Source: a candidate division WOR-3 bacterium | GTDB lineage: Bacteria > Hydrothermota > Hydrothermia > JBDRYB01 | Assembly (NCBI GenBank): GCA_049969615.1 | Contig: JBMFOM010000015.1 | Coordinates: forward strand, 1-25,321 | Direction: 5' to 3' | DNA: 25,321 nucleotides | Shown: positions 1 to 9,373 of the stretch, piece after piece | Layout of the letters: each line of letters opens with the position of its first letter | Numbering within the stretch: position 1 is the stretch's first letter | Made by a program: the position numbers and the translations under genes | Notes under the pieces: model-generated | Seen by the model: only the letters and a program-made list of their open reading frames with translations | Databases searched by the model: none | Told to the model about the DNA's origin: nothing

Positions 1-123
1 GCTGACCCATCCGGGCTTTCTCAAACCAGGGGGGTATGCTGAGAATCAAAAATGAGCACATCCGGGGAAAGGATCACCAAATACACAAATACTTGATCCT
101 GCCCATGAAGTAGGTTATAATTT
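1..123 (+). repeat. Promoter-bearing dispersed intergenic repeat, copy 1 (may extend beyond the window start)
   Basis: 77-123 matches the reverse complement of 12591-12637 at 40/47 nt ungapped. 48-68 matches rc 12642-12662 at 18/21. 1-23 (GCTGAC..CCGGGCTTTCTCA) resembles rc 12676-12697. Confidence 0.85.
93..121 (+). promoter_or_regulatory. Sigma70-type promoter of the rplT operon
   Basis: TTGATC (93-98), 17 nt spacer, TATAAT (116-121). Strong SD AAAGGAGG at 133-140, 6 nt before ATG 147. Confidence 0.85.
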
Positions 124-146
124 CTCCCCGCGAAAGGAGGTTTATT

Positions 147-500
147 ATGCGCGTGAAAACTGGTTATACCCGGAGGCGGAGGCACCGTAAGGTCCTACAC
201 CAGACACGGGGCTATTATGGCGAGAAGTCCAGGCGTTGGCGCAGAGCCCACGAAGCCTGGATGCGTTCGGGCGCTTTCGCCTACACCCACAGGAAGGACA
301 AGAAGGGGGACTTTCGTCGTCTCTGGATAGCGAGAATAAACGCGGCCATTAGGCCCTTTGGTCTCAATTATTCCCGATTTATGCACGGGCTTTCCGAGGC
401 AGGGATCAGCCTGAACAGGAAAGTGTTGGCTGACATGGCGGTCCGGGACCCAGAGACCATTGGCGAGCTCGCTGAACTGGCTAAAAAGGCTATCGGCTAG
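147..500 (+). CDS. rplT: 50S ribosomal protein L20 (bL20)
   Basis: MRVKTG..RRRRHRK, AYTHRKDKKGDFRRLWIARINAA, NYSRFMHGL and LNRKVLADMA motifs; 117 aa. Confidence 0.98.
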   Translation: MRVKTGYTRRRRHRKVLHQTRGYYGEKSRRWRRAHEAWMRSGAFAYTHRKDKKGDFRRLWIARINAAIRPFGLNYSRFMHGLSEAGISLNRKVLADMAVRDPETIGELAELAKKAIG

Positions 501-502
501 CG

Positions 503-1465
503 ATGAACCCGGAGGACATCCTCCGCTCCTTCCGGGAGGAGATGGGAAGTGTTTCTGATGCCCGTTCTCTTGAGGGTATTCGGATAAAATATCTGGGCAA
601 AAAAGGCATAGTAAAAGCACTACTTGAATCCCTGAGGAATTTATCGCCAGAGGAAAGGAAAGAGCTCGGGCGAGCCATAAACGAGACAAAGCAGACCATT
701 GAACGCGAGATAACCGAAATGGCTGCGGCCCTCAGGGAACGTTCTAGGCAGGTTGATCTCACCCTCCCTGGCAAGGAATTTCCCTTTGGTAACATCCATC
801 CCATAAGGCGCGTCTACGATGATCTCATTGATATATTCGTCGGCATGGGTTTTTCGGTTGAAACCGGTCCAGAAATAGAATGGGACTGGTATAATTTTGA
901 AGCCCTTAACATCCCGAAGCTTCACCCGGCCAGAGACCTCCAGGACACCATGTATGTGACGGAGAACATGGTTATGAGAACCCATACCTCTCCCGTTCAG
1001 ATAAGAGCAATGCAGAGAATAGGGAGGCCACCCATAAGAATAATTGCTCCTGGCAAGGTATACCGGAGAGACCCGTTTGATGCCTCGCATTCGCCCTGTT
1101 TTCACCAGATGGAGGGCCTGGCCGTTGATGAGGGAATAAGTTTCGCCGGCCTCAAGAGTGACCTCGCGGTTTTTGCCAAGGCGGTTTTTGGTCCGGACAC
1201 ACAGGTTGATTTCATTCCCTCCTATTATCCCTTTACCGAACCCTCTGCTGATATGGTGGTCAAGTGGCGGGGCCGGTGGCTGGAGATCCTCGGATCAGGC
1301 ATGGTTCACCCCCAGGTGCTCCGAAACGGCGGCGTTGATCCGGACACATATACCGGCTACGCTTTTGGCTTCGGGGTTGACCGCATAGCTATGGTGAAAT
1401 ATGGGATAGATGATATAAGGCTCTTTTTTGAGAACGACAAGGCTTTTCTGGAGCAGATAAGATGA
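503..1465 (+). CDS. pheS: Phenylalanine-tRNA ligase alpha subunit
   Basis: HPARDLQDT, RTHTSPVQIR, FHQMEGL, YYPFTEPS, LEILGSGMVHP and GFGVDR motifs. Confidence 0.98.
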   Translation: MNPEDILRSFREEMGSVSDARSLEGIRIKYLGKKGIVKALLESLRNLSPEERKELGRAINETKQTIEREITEMAAALRERSRQVDLTLPGKEFPFGNIHPIRRVYDDLIDIFVGMGFSVETGPEIEWDWYNFEALNIPKLHPARDLQDTMYVTENMVMRTHTSPVQIRAMQRIGRPPIRIIAPGKVYRRDPFDASHSPCFHQMEGLAVDEGISFAGLKSDLAVFAKAVFGPDTQVDFIPSYYPFTEPSADMVVKWRGRWLEILGSGMVHPQVLRNGGVDPDTYTGYAFGFGVDRIAMVKYGIDDIRLFFENDKAFLEQIR

Positions 1466-1490
1466 TCGCCTTCCAGATCAGGAGAATCCC

Positions 1491-3848
1491 ATGAAAATCC
1501 TTCATAGGATGCTCAGAGAGTTCCTCCCCTCGGTTCCGGGGCCAGAGGAGCTGGCGGAGATATTTCCCAGAATAGGCCTTGAAGTGGAGGAATCCCGCGA
1601 CCTTTCAAGGGGCCTTGTGGGAAAACTTGTAGCTGGCGTTGTCAGGAAGCTTGACCGTGACAGTAGGCTCAACCTGATGGAGGTTTTCGTTGGAGACGGT
1701 ATCATAAACGCCATAACCACCAGCCCGGTTGAGCTGGGCGAGACCGTTATCATTGCCTTGCCAGGAGCGGTTCTCCCATCCGGAATGGTAATTGAGAAGA
1801 GGGTAATAAAAAAACACCCCTCAGAGGCAATGGCAATTTCCGAGCAGGAAGTAGGGTTAGCTGAATCCTCGCCCACGATCCTCAGATTGCCTGATGGCAT
1901 CCTCAAGCCCGGCGACGATCCCCTCCCGTTCCTCTGTCTGAATGATTGGCTCTTTGATCTCCACATATTCCCAAACCGGGGAGACCTTATGGGCGCCTGG
2001 GGTATAGCATGCGAGCTCGCACCACTGGCGGGTGAGCGCCCCGTTCTTCCGGAACCCCGGCTTGATGAGGATGCCTCGGTTGGCCTGTATCCGGTTGAGC
2101 TCGTTGATCCAGATTCCTGTCCGAGATATGTGGCCAGGGTTGTTTCCGGGACACGCGTCCTCAAATCCCCGGCCTGGCTTAGATACAGGCTAGCGCTACT
2201 GGGCCAGAGGCCCATAAACAATATAGTTGACTCATCAAACTATGTGCTTTTCTGGCTTGGCCATCCTACGCACACATTTGATCTGCGCCAGCTCTCCGGA
2301 CGCATAGTCGTAAGGAGGGCCGGGAATGCCGAGGAAATGGCCATGTTGGATGAGACTACCAGAAAATTTAATCCTGAGATGCTTCTTATTGCTGATGAAA
2401 GAAGGCCACTTGCTCTTGCCGGCGTAATGGGTGGAGAGGGATCAGGGATTTCTGATGACACAACTGATGTCCTCATAGAATCCGCTTATTTCAATCCAGA
2501 GCGCATAGCCTACGCGTCCCGGAAGACTGGAATGATAACCGAGTCCTCCCGCAGGTTTGAGCGCGGAGCAGATCCGCTCATGGTTCCCCCGGCCTCCAGA
2601 TGGGTCGCACGGTTGATCCAAGAGACCGGCGGGGGAAGGATTGGCCCGGAAAACGATACCCGCGCGGGAGACTTTTCCAAAAAGAGAATAGCCGTTTCCC
2701 TCGCCTGGCTTAATGCTTTCTCAGGCGCAGATGTGCCTCACGACGAGATTATGAGGATAACTAGCCTACTTGATCTTTCGCCGGAGCTGGATGGCGATAA
2801 GCTCGCCTTTTCGGTTCCTCCTAGGCGTCACGACATTAGTATCCGCGAGGATATAGCCGAGGAGGTCATGCGTTTTTACGGTTACAACAGGGTTCCTGAG
2901 AACACTCCCACCATGAGCAGGACCCGAGGCCTGGCACGCAAAACCTACCTTGATAGCTTGGCCTATGCCCTTGCTGGCGCAGGGCTTTATGAGGCCAGGA
3001 CCCTCGGCCTGCACGGCCCGCGCGAGCTCTCTGCCTGGGGCTTTGATCAGGCTACCTGGGTCAGGTTGTCCAATCCAATGGGTGAGGATTTTTCGGTCGC
3101 GAGGCCATCGCTCCTGCCTGGCCTGGTTTGCTCCCTTGCCATCAACCTTAACAGGGCCAGGGGTGGCCTGATGCTATTTGAGATGGGGCCAGTCTTCGCA
3201 TGGCGGGGGGAGAAAGAGCTCCCAAAGGAAACCTGGCTTCTCGGGCTAGCCATGGGTGGTGAACTGCCCAGGCTTCCCGGTTCGCCTGAGGGATCAATCG
3301 GCCCGGCCCAACTCAAGGGCGTTCTTGACCTTGTGTTCCGATTTCTGGGGAGGGATTATTCAATGTCCAGAACCGACAAGCCATTCCTGGTCCCCGGCAC
3401 AGCCTGGGAGATGATCTCAGGTAATAGCATCCTCGGTATTGCTGGTCTCCTCACTCATAGCATATCCTCTGTGTATGAGATCAAATCAGATGTCTGGGTC
3501 GCGGAACTACTGGTGCCAGAACCCATAGAGAGCACATATCGCCCAATACCGCGTTTTCCGCCCGCAAAGAGGGACATAGCATTTCTGGCCGACGAATCTG
3601 TTCCCTTCCAGGAGGTCCTTGCCTCTGTCAGGGCCGCGGCCGCCTGCGATGTGGTTGTTTCGGTTAGGCCGATTGATGTCTATAAGGGAGAGAACATCCC
3701 TCTGGGCAAAGTCTCATACGCTTTCTCTCTGTTATACTTCCACCAGGATAGAACCCTTACAGATGAGGAGGTTGACGCATGGTTCTCTTCCCTCGTGAGC
3801 AAACTCACTGAGATGGGTTATCAGGTGAGGATGAGGGAGCTAAAATGA
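1491..3848 (+). CDS. pheT: Phenylalanine-tRNA ligase beta subunit
   Basis: PNRGDL, INNIVD, LAGVMGG, ESAYF, SSRRFERG, EDIAEEV, RPSLLPGL motifs and C-terminal RFPPAKRDIAF. Follows pheS; AGGAG SD. Confidence 0.97.
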   Translation: MKILHRMLREFLPSVPGPEELAEIFPRIGLEVEESRDLSRGLVGKLVAGVVRKLDRDSRLNLMEVFVGDGIINAITTSPVELGETVIIALPGAVLPSGMVIEKRVIKKHPSEAMAISEQEVGLAESSPTILRLPDGILKPGDDPLPFLCLNDWLFDLHIFPNRGDLMGAWGIACELAPLAGERPVLPEPRLDEDASVGLYPVELVDPDSCPRYVARVVSGTRVLKSPAWLRYRLALLGQRPINNIVDSSNYVLFWLGHPTHTFDLRQLSGRIVVRRAGNAEEMAMLDETTRKFNPEMLLIADERRPLALAGVMGGEGSGISDDTTDVLIESAYFNPERIAYASRKTGMITESSRRFERGADPLMVPPASRWVARLIQETGGGRIGPENDTRAGDFSKKRIAVSLAWLNAFSGADVPHDEIMRITSLLDLSPELDGDKLAFSVPPRRHDISIREDIAEEVMRFYGYNRVPENTPTMSRTRGLARKTYLDSLAYALAGAGLYEARTLGLHGPRELSAWGFDQATWVRLSNPMGEDFSVARPSLLPGLVCSLAINLNRARGGLMLFEMGPVFAWRGEKELPKETWLLGLAMGGELPRLPGSPEGSIGPAQLKGVLDLVFRFLGRDYSMSRTDKPFLVPGTAWEMISGNSILGIAGLLTHSISSVYEIKSDVWVAELLVPEPIESTYRPIPRFPPAKRDIAFLADESVPFQEVLASVRAAAACDVVVSVRPIDVYKGENIPLGKVSYAFSLLYFHQDRTLTDEEVDAWFSSLVSKLTEMGYQVRMRELK

Positions 3849-4045
3849 TACCCGATGGCATGCCTGATTTGGCGAGTCAGGTACAGGAGATCGTTGAGAA
3901 ATATCACGCCAGGAGAGAGGAGATCCGCCGGCTCCAACGCCGGATAGCGGAGCTTGAGCAGGGCCTTGCCGAGATAGAGCGAAGGCTCGCTCAACTCCTT
4001 GAGTGGCTTGAAAAGGAGGACAGAGGTGAAGAGACTGAGCATTAA
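3845..4045 (+). CDS. Small coiled-coil protein, ZapB-like
   Basis: 66 aa with heptad pattern (EEIRRLQRRIAELEQGLAEIERRLAQLL). ATGA overlap with pheT; occupies the usual zapB position between pheT and zapA. Confidence 0.6.
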   Translation: MIPDGMPDLASQVQEIVEKYHARREEIRRLQRRIAELEQGLAEIERRLAQLLEWLEKEDRGEETEH

Positions 4046-4301
4046 TGTGAGGGGCAAGGCCCACACGCTCCTCGTTGATGACGCTGATGTGGTCTCAGCC
4101 GAGGAGACAATTGTGCTGATAGAAGAGGTTATAAAGGAGATAGAGGTCGATCCCAAAAGGCCATCCCAGCCTGATGCGGTTCCTGTGGTGGCGTGTTTCA
4201 GGTTGGCCGCTGAGCTCATGAAGGCCAGGGCCGAACTCAGACGCATAGAAAACATAGTAAAGGCCTGGAAGGCCATGGAAGACCAGCATGGAGATCTTTG
4301 A
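4026..4301 (+). CDS. zapA: Cell division protein ZapA-like (divergent)
   Basis: GTG 4026 preceded by SD AAGGAGG (4013-4019). N-terminal INVRGKAHTL beta motif, VVACFRLAAEL helix and C-terminal coiled coil. pheT-zapB-zapA synteny. Confidence 0.6.
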   Translation: MKRLSINVRGKAHTLLVDDADVVSAEETIVLIEEVIKEIEVDPKRPSQPDAVPVVACFRLAAELMKARAELRRIENIVKAWKAMEDQHGDL

Positions 4302-5514
4302 AAAGTACAGTGACGCGCCGCTGGCCCTGAGGGTAGCGCCCTCTGACCTGGACGAGGTGGTTGGTCAGGATCACATAATCGGAAAGGGGAAACCCCTCCG
4401 CAGGTTGATTGAGACCGGGACCCTTCGGGCCGCGATATTCTTTGGCCCCCCCGGAACCGGAAAGACATCCGTGGCAAGGATAATCGCGAAGAGGTTCGGT
4501 TCCAGGGTATTTCATGTTAACGCGTCGGAGCTCAAGCCAAGGGACTTGGTTGCCGCGCTGGAGGCCGCTGAGAAGTTTTTCCAGTCAACGGGAAACCGTG
4601 CCCTGGTTTTTGTTGATGAGATACACCGCTTTGACCGGAGGAGCCAGGAGGTCCTTCTCTCAAGGCTTGAGCGGGGCGGCTTGGTCTTCATAGGTTCAAC
4701 CGTTCACAACCCCGGCTTTGCTTTGTCCAAGGCCATTCTCTCCAGGGTCCTGCTGTTTGAGTTCCGAGAACTGAAACACCAAGATGTTTTCGTTGGTCTA
4801 AAAAGGGCCGTGGAGAAGGAAGGCCTGGAGGTTTCCGATGCCATCCTTGAGCGAATAGCCGGCGCATCTGAGGGCGATCTCAGGAGGGCACTGAATTATC
4901 TGGAGGCCTCAGCTGTTGCTGGCAGGATAGAGGAGGGGGATGTGTGCGAGGTCCTCTCCGGTGCTCATCTCAGGTTTGATAGAACCGGCGATGAACGATA
5001 TGACATGATCAGCGCGCTCATAAAGAGCATAAGGGGTTCTGATCCTGACGCGGCCGCATATTGGTTCATCAGGCTTCTGGATGCTGGCGAAGATCCGCTT
5101 TACATAGCAAGAAGATTGCAGGTTCACGCCGCAGAGGATATCGGTCTTGCTGATCCGAGGGCCATACTGGTTGCTGAAGCGGCCACATCCGCTTTTGAAC
5201 GCGTCGGTAGGCCGGAGGGGGACATAATCCTCATGGAGGCAGTCCTCTTTCTTGCCACAAGGCCGAAATCAAACACGGTGGTCAGGACCATATGGGCTGT
5301 CAGGTCCGCCATATCCGATGGCAAGGTTTATCCTGTGCCATCGCACCTTCAGGATAGTCATTATTCCCTCGCGGAGAAGCTCGGTCGCGGAAAGGGCTAC
5401 AAGTATCCATATGCTGACAAAAGCCCGCAGGCTTATCTCCCTCCGGAACTCTTGGGCACCAGGTTTTTTGAACCATCGGATGCCGGCGAGGAGAAGAAAC
5501 TCAAAGGAGGTTGA
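4288..5514 (+). CDS. rarA: Replication-associated recombination protein A (RarA/MgsA AAA+ ATPase)
   Basis: PLALRVAP, VGQDH, Walker A GPPGTGKT, Walker B VDEIHRF, SALIKSIRGSDPDAA, EDIGLADP. Confidence 0.95.
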   Translation: MEIFEKYSDAPLALRVAPSDLDEVVGQDHIIGKGKPLRRLIETGTLRAAIFFGPPGTGKTSVARIIAKRFGSRVFHVNASELKPRDLVAALEAAEKFFQSTGNRALVFVDEIHRFDRRSQEVLLSRLERGGLVFIGSTVHNPGFALSKAILSRVLLFEFRELKHQDVFVGLKRAVEKEGLEVSDAILERIAGASEGDLRRALNYLEASAVAGRIEEGDVCEVLSGAHLRFDRTGDERYDMISALIKSIRGSDPDAAAYWFIRLLDAGEDPLYIARRLQVHAAEDIGLADPRAILVAEAATSAFERVGRPEGDIILMEAVLFLATRPKSNTVVRTIWAVRSAISDGKVYPVPSHLQDSHYSLAEKLGRGKGYKYPYADKSPQAYLPPELLGTRFFEPSDAGEEKKLKGG

Positions 5515-5516
5515 AC

Positions 5517-7073
5517 ATGAATTATCTTCTATACACCATAGTTGGAATAGTGGGCCTCATAGTTGGGGCTTTCATCGCTTTTTTGTGGGCTTCTTTGGCA
5601 GAGAGGCGCCGTTCTAATGAGGCTAGAATACAAGCAGAGAAAGCCCTCGTTGAGGCAAAAGAGGAGGCTCGCAGGATACTGGAAAGGGCGGAAAAGGATG
5701 CCGCCGAGCGTTGGGAAAGAGAGCGCAGGGAGTTTGAGCGTCAGACTAGGGCTGAGCGCAAGGAACTGGAGGCCGAACGCAGGCAGATAAACGATGCCCG
5801 ACTGGAGATAGAAAAGCTCAGGGATTCCCTCAACAGTCGTGAACGTTCTCTCAGGGATTTCCAGAAGAACCTTAAGCAGAAAGAAAAGGCCCTTTCCGCG
5901 CGAGAACAAAGGATAGAGGAGAAGAACAGGGGGGTGATAAGCAGGCTTGAGCATGTTGCCAGGATGACCAGGGATGAGGCGCGCGAGGAGCTCATGAAAA
6001 GCATAGAGAGTCATGTCAGATACGAGGCCGCGCAGATGGCTTACCGGATAAAGGAGGAGGCTAGACTCAAGGCTGAGCGAGAGGCTAAGGAGATAATAGC
6101 CTCGGCAATACAGCGTTGTGCCGCGTCCCACGCCGCGGAGACAACTATTACCGTTGTTCCACTGCCTTCCGACGACATAAAGGGCAGGATAATAGGCAGG
6201 GAGGGCAGGAACATCAGGGCCTTTGAGGCCGCGACAGGGGTTGAAGTGATAATTGATGATACCCCGGAGGCCGCGACCCTTTCCTCTTTTGATCCAGTGA
6301 GGCGCGAGATAGCTCGCATAACCATGGAATCCCTCATAAAGGACGGCCGTATCCATCCGGCCCGCATTGAGGAAGTTGTGGAGAAGGCGAAAAGGGACTT
6401 TGAGAACTATGTCCGAGAGGTTGGGCAGAACACCCTCCTTGAGCTGGCCCTCTCGGACATGAATCCGGAGCTCATTGTCATTGTCGGGCGAATGAAGTTC
6501 CGCTCATCTTACGGGCAAAACTTACTCCAGCACTCGCTTGAAGTGGCGAGACTCTCCGGACTCATGGCCTCTGAGCTCGGTCTGGATGCTGACAGGGCAA
6601 GGAGGGCCGGGCTTCTGCATGATATAGGCAAGACCTCTGAGATGGAGGGCCCGCACGCGACCATTGGCGCTCAGATGGCCAAGCGTCTGGGTGAGGAAGA
6701 TCTCATAGTGAACGCCATAGCCGCACATCACGAGGACGAGAGCCCCCTGACCCCAATAGCTGTTTTGGTCGCCGCGGCTGATGCCATATCCGGAGCCAGG
6801 CCCGGTGCGAGGAGGGAGACGCTTGAGGCCTACATAAAACGCATAGAGAAACTTGAGGAGATAGCCGCGGCACATCCGGGCGTTGAGGCATCCTACGCGA
6901 TGCAGGCCGGGAGAGAGCTCCGTGTGATAGTTGAGGCCGAGAATGTCTCGGACGCAGAGGCCATGGATCTCGCGAAATCCATCGCGGAAGAGGTTGAGGC
7001 TAGCATGGAGTATCCGGGCCAGATAAAGGTGGTTGTTATAAGGGAGACTAGGGCGATTGAATACGCTAGATAG
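5517..7073 (+). CDS. rny: Ribonuclease Y
   Basis: N-terminal TM helix, long coiled coil, KH domain (KGRIIGREGRNIR), HD domain (LLHDIGK), ADAISGARPGAR, YPGQIKV. ATG 5517 follows SD AAAGGAGG (5503-5510). Confidence 0.97.
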   Translation: MNYLLYTIVGIVGLIVGAFIAFLWASLAERRRSNEARIQAEKALVEAKEEARRILERAEKDAAERWERERREFERQTRAERKELEAERRQINDARLEIEKLRDSLNSRERSLRDFQKNLKQKEKALSAREQRIEEKNRGVISRLEHVARMTRDEAREELMKSIESHVRYEAAQMAYRIKEEARLKAEREAKEIIASAIQRCAASHAAETTITVVPLPSDDIKGRIIGREGRNIRAFEAATGVEVIIDDTPEAATLSSFDPVRREIARITMESLIKDGRIHPARIEEVVEKAKRDFENYVREVGQNTLLELALSDMNPELIVIVGRMKFRSSYGQNLLQHSLEVARLSGLMASELGLDADRARRAGLLHDIGKTSEMEGPHATIGAQMAKRLGEEDLIVNAIAAHHEDESPLTPIAVLVAAADAISGARPGARRETLEAYIKRIEKLEEIAAAHPGVEASYAMQAGRELRVIVEAENVSDAEAMDLAKSIAEEVEASMEYPGQIKVVVIRETRAIEYAR

Positions 7074-8237
7074 GTGAAAAAAGTCATCTATGCCAGCTAT
7101 AACCCATTCACCCCAGCGGTGAGGGTAGGAGCGCATTACTACTCCTCCTTGATGTCTGCTGATGGGCACGATGTGCTTTATCTGGCTGACGCGGATTTCA
7201 TCTTCCACCATCTTGACAGGCGCAAGCATGTCCGGGAGGGTCGCAAGGAATGGTATGAAATCAAAAAGAGGGGCGCCGTGCGTCTTCCGGAGGGCCCTCT
7301 GCAGTATATCCCCGAATCCCTCATCCCTACTCTGCGAAAGCTCTGGCCCTTTAACACATCCTGGTCCTCCGTTTTCGCCGCGAGGATAACCTGGCCTTCG
7401 GTCAAGAGAACCGCGAGGAAACTGGGATTTGCGAGGCCAGATCTGTTCTGGCTTGAGAATGTCAGATACCTCTATCTGGCCAAAAAATTGAAACCCTCCC
7501 TCTTAGTCCAGCGCGTCCACGACATGACCCTGGCCTCGCCGGTAGAGCAAAACATAAAGGATCTCTTTATAGAGAGCCTCAGAAGGAGCTCAGTTGTCTT
7601 TTGTATGAGTAAATCCCTTATGGATGATTATATTTCTGAGCTTTCGGGTAGTCCCCAGAAGGTTCATTACCTCCCCAACGGTGTCTCTGAGGATTGGTTT
7701 CGTGTACCACCGCAACTGCCTGAGCCTCCTGATCTCGCTGTAATTCCGAGGCCAAGAGTGACCATGGTTGGGGTATATGAGTTCTGGGTTGATTACCCAA
7801 AGCTTTGGCAATTGGCCCGGCTCCTTCCGGATGTCAGCTTTGTCATGATCGGTCCGGTCCGGATCATCCTGCCGGATGCCAAACCCGACAATATCCATTT
7901 CCTGGGAAAGAGGCCACACGAGGCCGTTCCGTCTTATCTCAGGAACTCTGATGTGGGATTGTCCATATTCGCCAGGACGACATTCACTGAATATGTCAAC
8001 CTAATAAAGCTTTACGAATACCTGGCGATGGGGCTTCCCGCGGTTTCAACAGCCCACCGTGAGCTCTCGCTTATAGACGCGCCATGGTATCTAGCTGATT
8101 CGGCCGATGACTTCGCCAGAGCAATTAGACGGAGCCTTGAGCTTGGCCGCGATGAGAGGCTTGCTCTGGTTGAATTTGCTCGAGCCAACACCTGGGAAAA
8201 GAGATACGAAACGGTCAAGGAGGTTATAGGGCTTTGA
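7074..8237 (+). CDS. GT-B glycosyltransferase family 4 (TuaH-like)
   Basis: YLPNGV, EPPDL..IPRPR, NIHFLGKRPH and IKLYEYLAMGLPAVST motifs. GTG directly abuts the rny stop. Confidence 0.85.
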   Translation: MKKVIYASYNPFTPAVRVGAHYYSSLMSADGHDVLYLADADFIFHHLDRRKHVREGRKEWYEIKKRGAVRLPEGPLQYIPESLIPTLRKLWPFNTSWSSVFAARITWPSVKRTARKLGFARPDLFWLENVRYLYLAKKLKPSLLVQRVHDMTLASPVEQNIKDLFIESLRRSSVVFCMSKSLMDDYISELSGSPQKVHYLPNGVSEDWFRVPPQLPEPPDLAVIPRPRVTMVGVYEFWVDYPKLWQLARLLPDVSFVMIGPVRIILPDAKPDNIHFLGKRPHEAVPSYLRNSDVGLSIFARTTFTEYVNLIKLYEYLAMGLPAVSTAHRELSLIDAPWYLADSADDFARAIRRSLELGRDERLALVEFARANTWEKRYETVKEVIGL

Positions 8238-9373
8238 GGGTCCTGGTGAACGCTACCCTTGCTGGCTCCAGAAGCAGTGGTCTCGGCCACTATATTTTAT
8301 CTTTGCTAAAAGAGCTTAGGCAGTTTCCGCTTGATATAACTGTGCTCGCGACCCATCCGGATTTGTTTTTGGATGATTACGAGACCATTCATGTTAAGGG
8401 GCCTTTGGGGCCGGAACATGGAAGCAAGGGCAACAGGCTCCGTTATATCTGGATACAGACCAGCCTCAGAGCCCTCCTGGCGAAGATTCGCCCTGAGCTT
8501 TTGTTGACACCAACCCACGAGGTTTTGTTCTGTCCGATGGTTCCGCAGGTTGTTGTGATACACGACATAATCCCCTACCTCTTTCCGGCAGATCACAGGT
8601 TTCTGGGAAAGTATTACAGGTTTGTTCTGCCCCATGCCTTGAGGACATCGGCCAGGAGAATAATAACGGTTTCGTCCTCAACGAGGGGCGATCTCATCAG
8701 ACATTACGGCCTCAAGAGCGACAAAATAGTTGCCATATTATCCGGCCCAGGACTTGAACTGGGTTTTGAGGATCTGGATCAGGAAGTTCCCGATAAATTC
8801 GTGCTTTATGTCGGAAGGGTCGCACCCTACAAGAACATTGTGGGCCTCGTCCGCGCCCTCTCGCTCCTCATGGATTCCTTTCCGCACCATCTTGTCATCG
8901 CGGGAGCGGGTTCACCGGACAACGACCGGTTTATCCCGGAGATAGTTGACAGGGCAAAACACTGCGGTATTGACAAGAGGATAAGATTCCTGGAATATGT
9001 TCCATCATCTCAGCTCGGGACCCTATACAGGAGAGCGGATGTTCTCGTTCTCCCCTCGTTCTACGAAGGTTTTGGGTTCCCCCCGCTGGAGGCGATGCGC
9101 TGTGGCACGCCCGTGGCGGTCTCTCGTATACCCGCGCTGGTTGAGACGGTCGGAGATGCCGGACTCTTCTTTGATCCTGCTGATCCAGAGGATATTGCGA
9201 GGGCAATACGGTCCATCCTTGAGAATGATTCGCTCAGGAAGGAGCTAGCCCAGAGAGGGTCCCGTAGATCCGGCGATTTCTCCTGGAGGGAGACCGCGGA
9301 AAGGTTTCACGAGGTTTTCCTTGAGGCCACTGGAGGAGCACTTGAGGGTATTAGTCAATGCAACTATAGTTGA
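8234..9373 (+). CDS. GT4 glycosyltransferase (MtfB/WbdA-like), paralog 1
   Basis: VIHDII, IITVS, LYVGRVAPYKN and PSFYEGFGFPPLEAM (EX7E) motifs. TTG start overlaps the previous TGA. Confidence 0.92.
   Translation: MRVLVNATLAGSRSSGLGHYILSLLKELRQFPLDITVLATHPDLFLDDYETIHVKGPLGPEHGSKGNRLRYIWIQTSLRALLAKIRPELLLTPTHEVLFCPMVPQVVVIHDIIPYLFPADHRFLGKYYRFVLPHALRTSARRIITVSSSTRGDLIRHYGLKSDKIVAILSGPGLELGFEDLDQEVPDKFVLYVGRVAPYKNIVGLVRALSLLMDSFPHHLVIAGAGSPDNDRFIPEIVDRAKHCGIDKRIRFLEYVPSSQLGTLYRRADVLVLPSFYEGFGFPPLEAMRCGTPVAVSRIPALVETVGDAGLFFDPADPEDIARAIRSILENDSLRKELAQRGSRRSGDFSWRETAERFHEVFLEATGGALEGISQCNYS

Noticed and set aside
5529-7229. Long - strand ORFs (275 aa and 235 aa) antisense to rny; similar ones opposite pheT, zapA/rarA and ptsI
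   Set aside because: Antisense shadows of conserved genes with no domain signatures.
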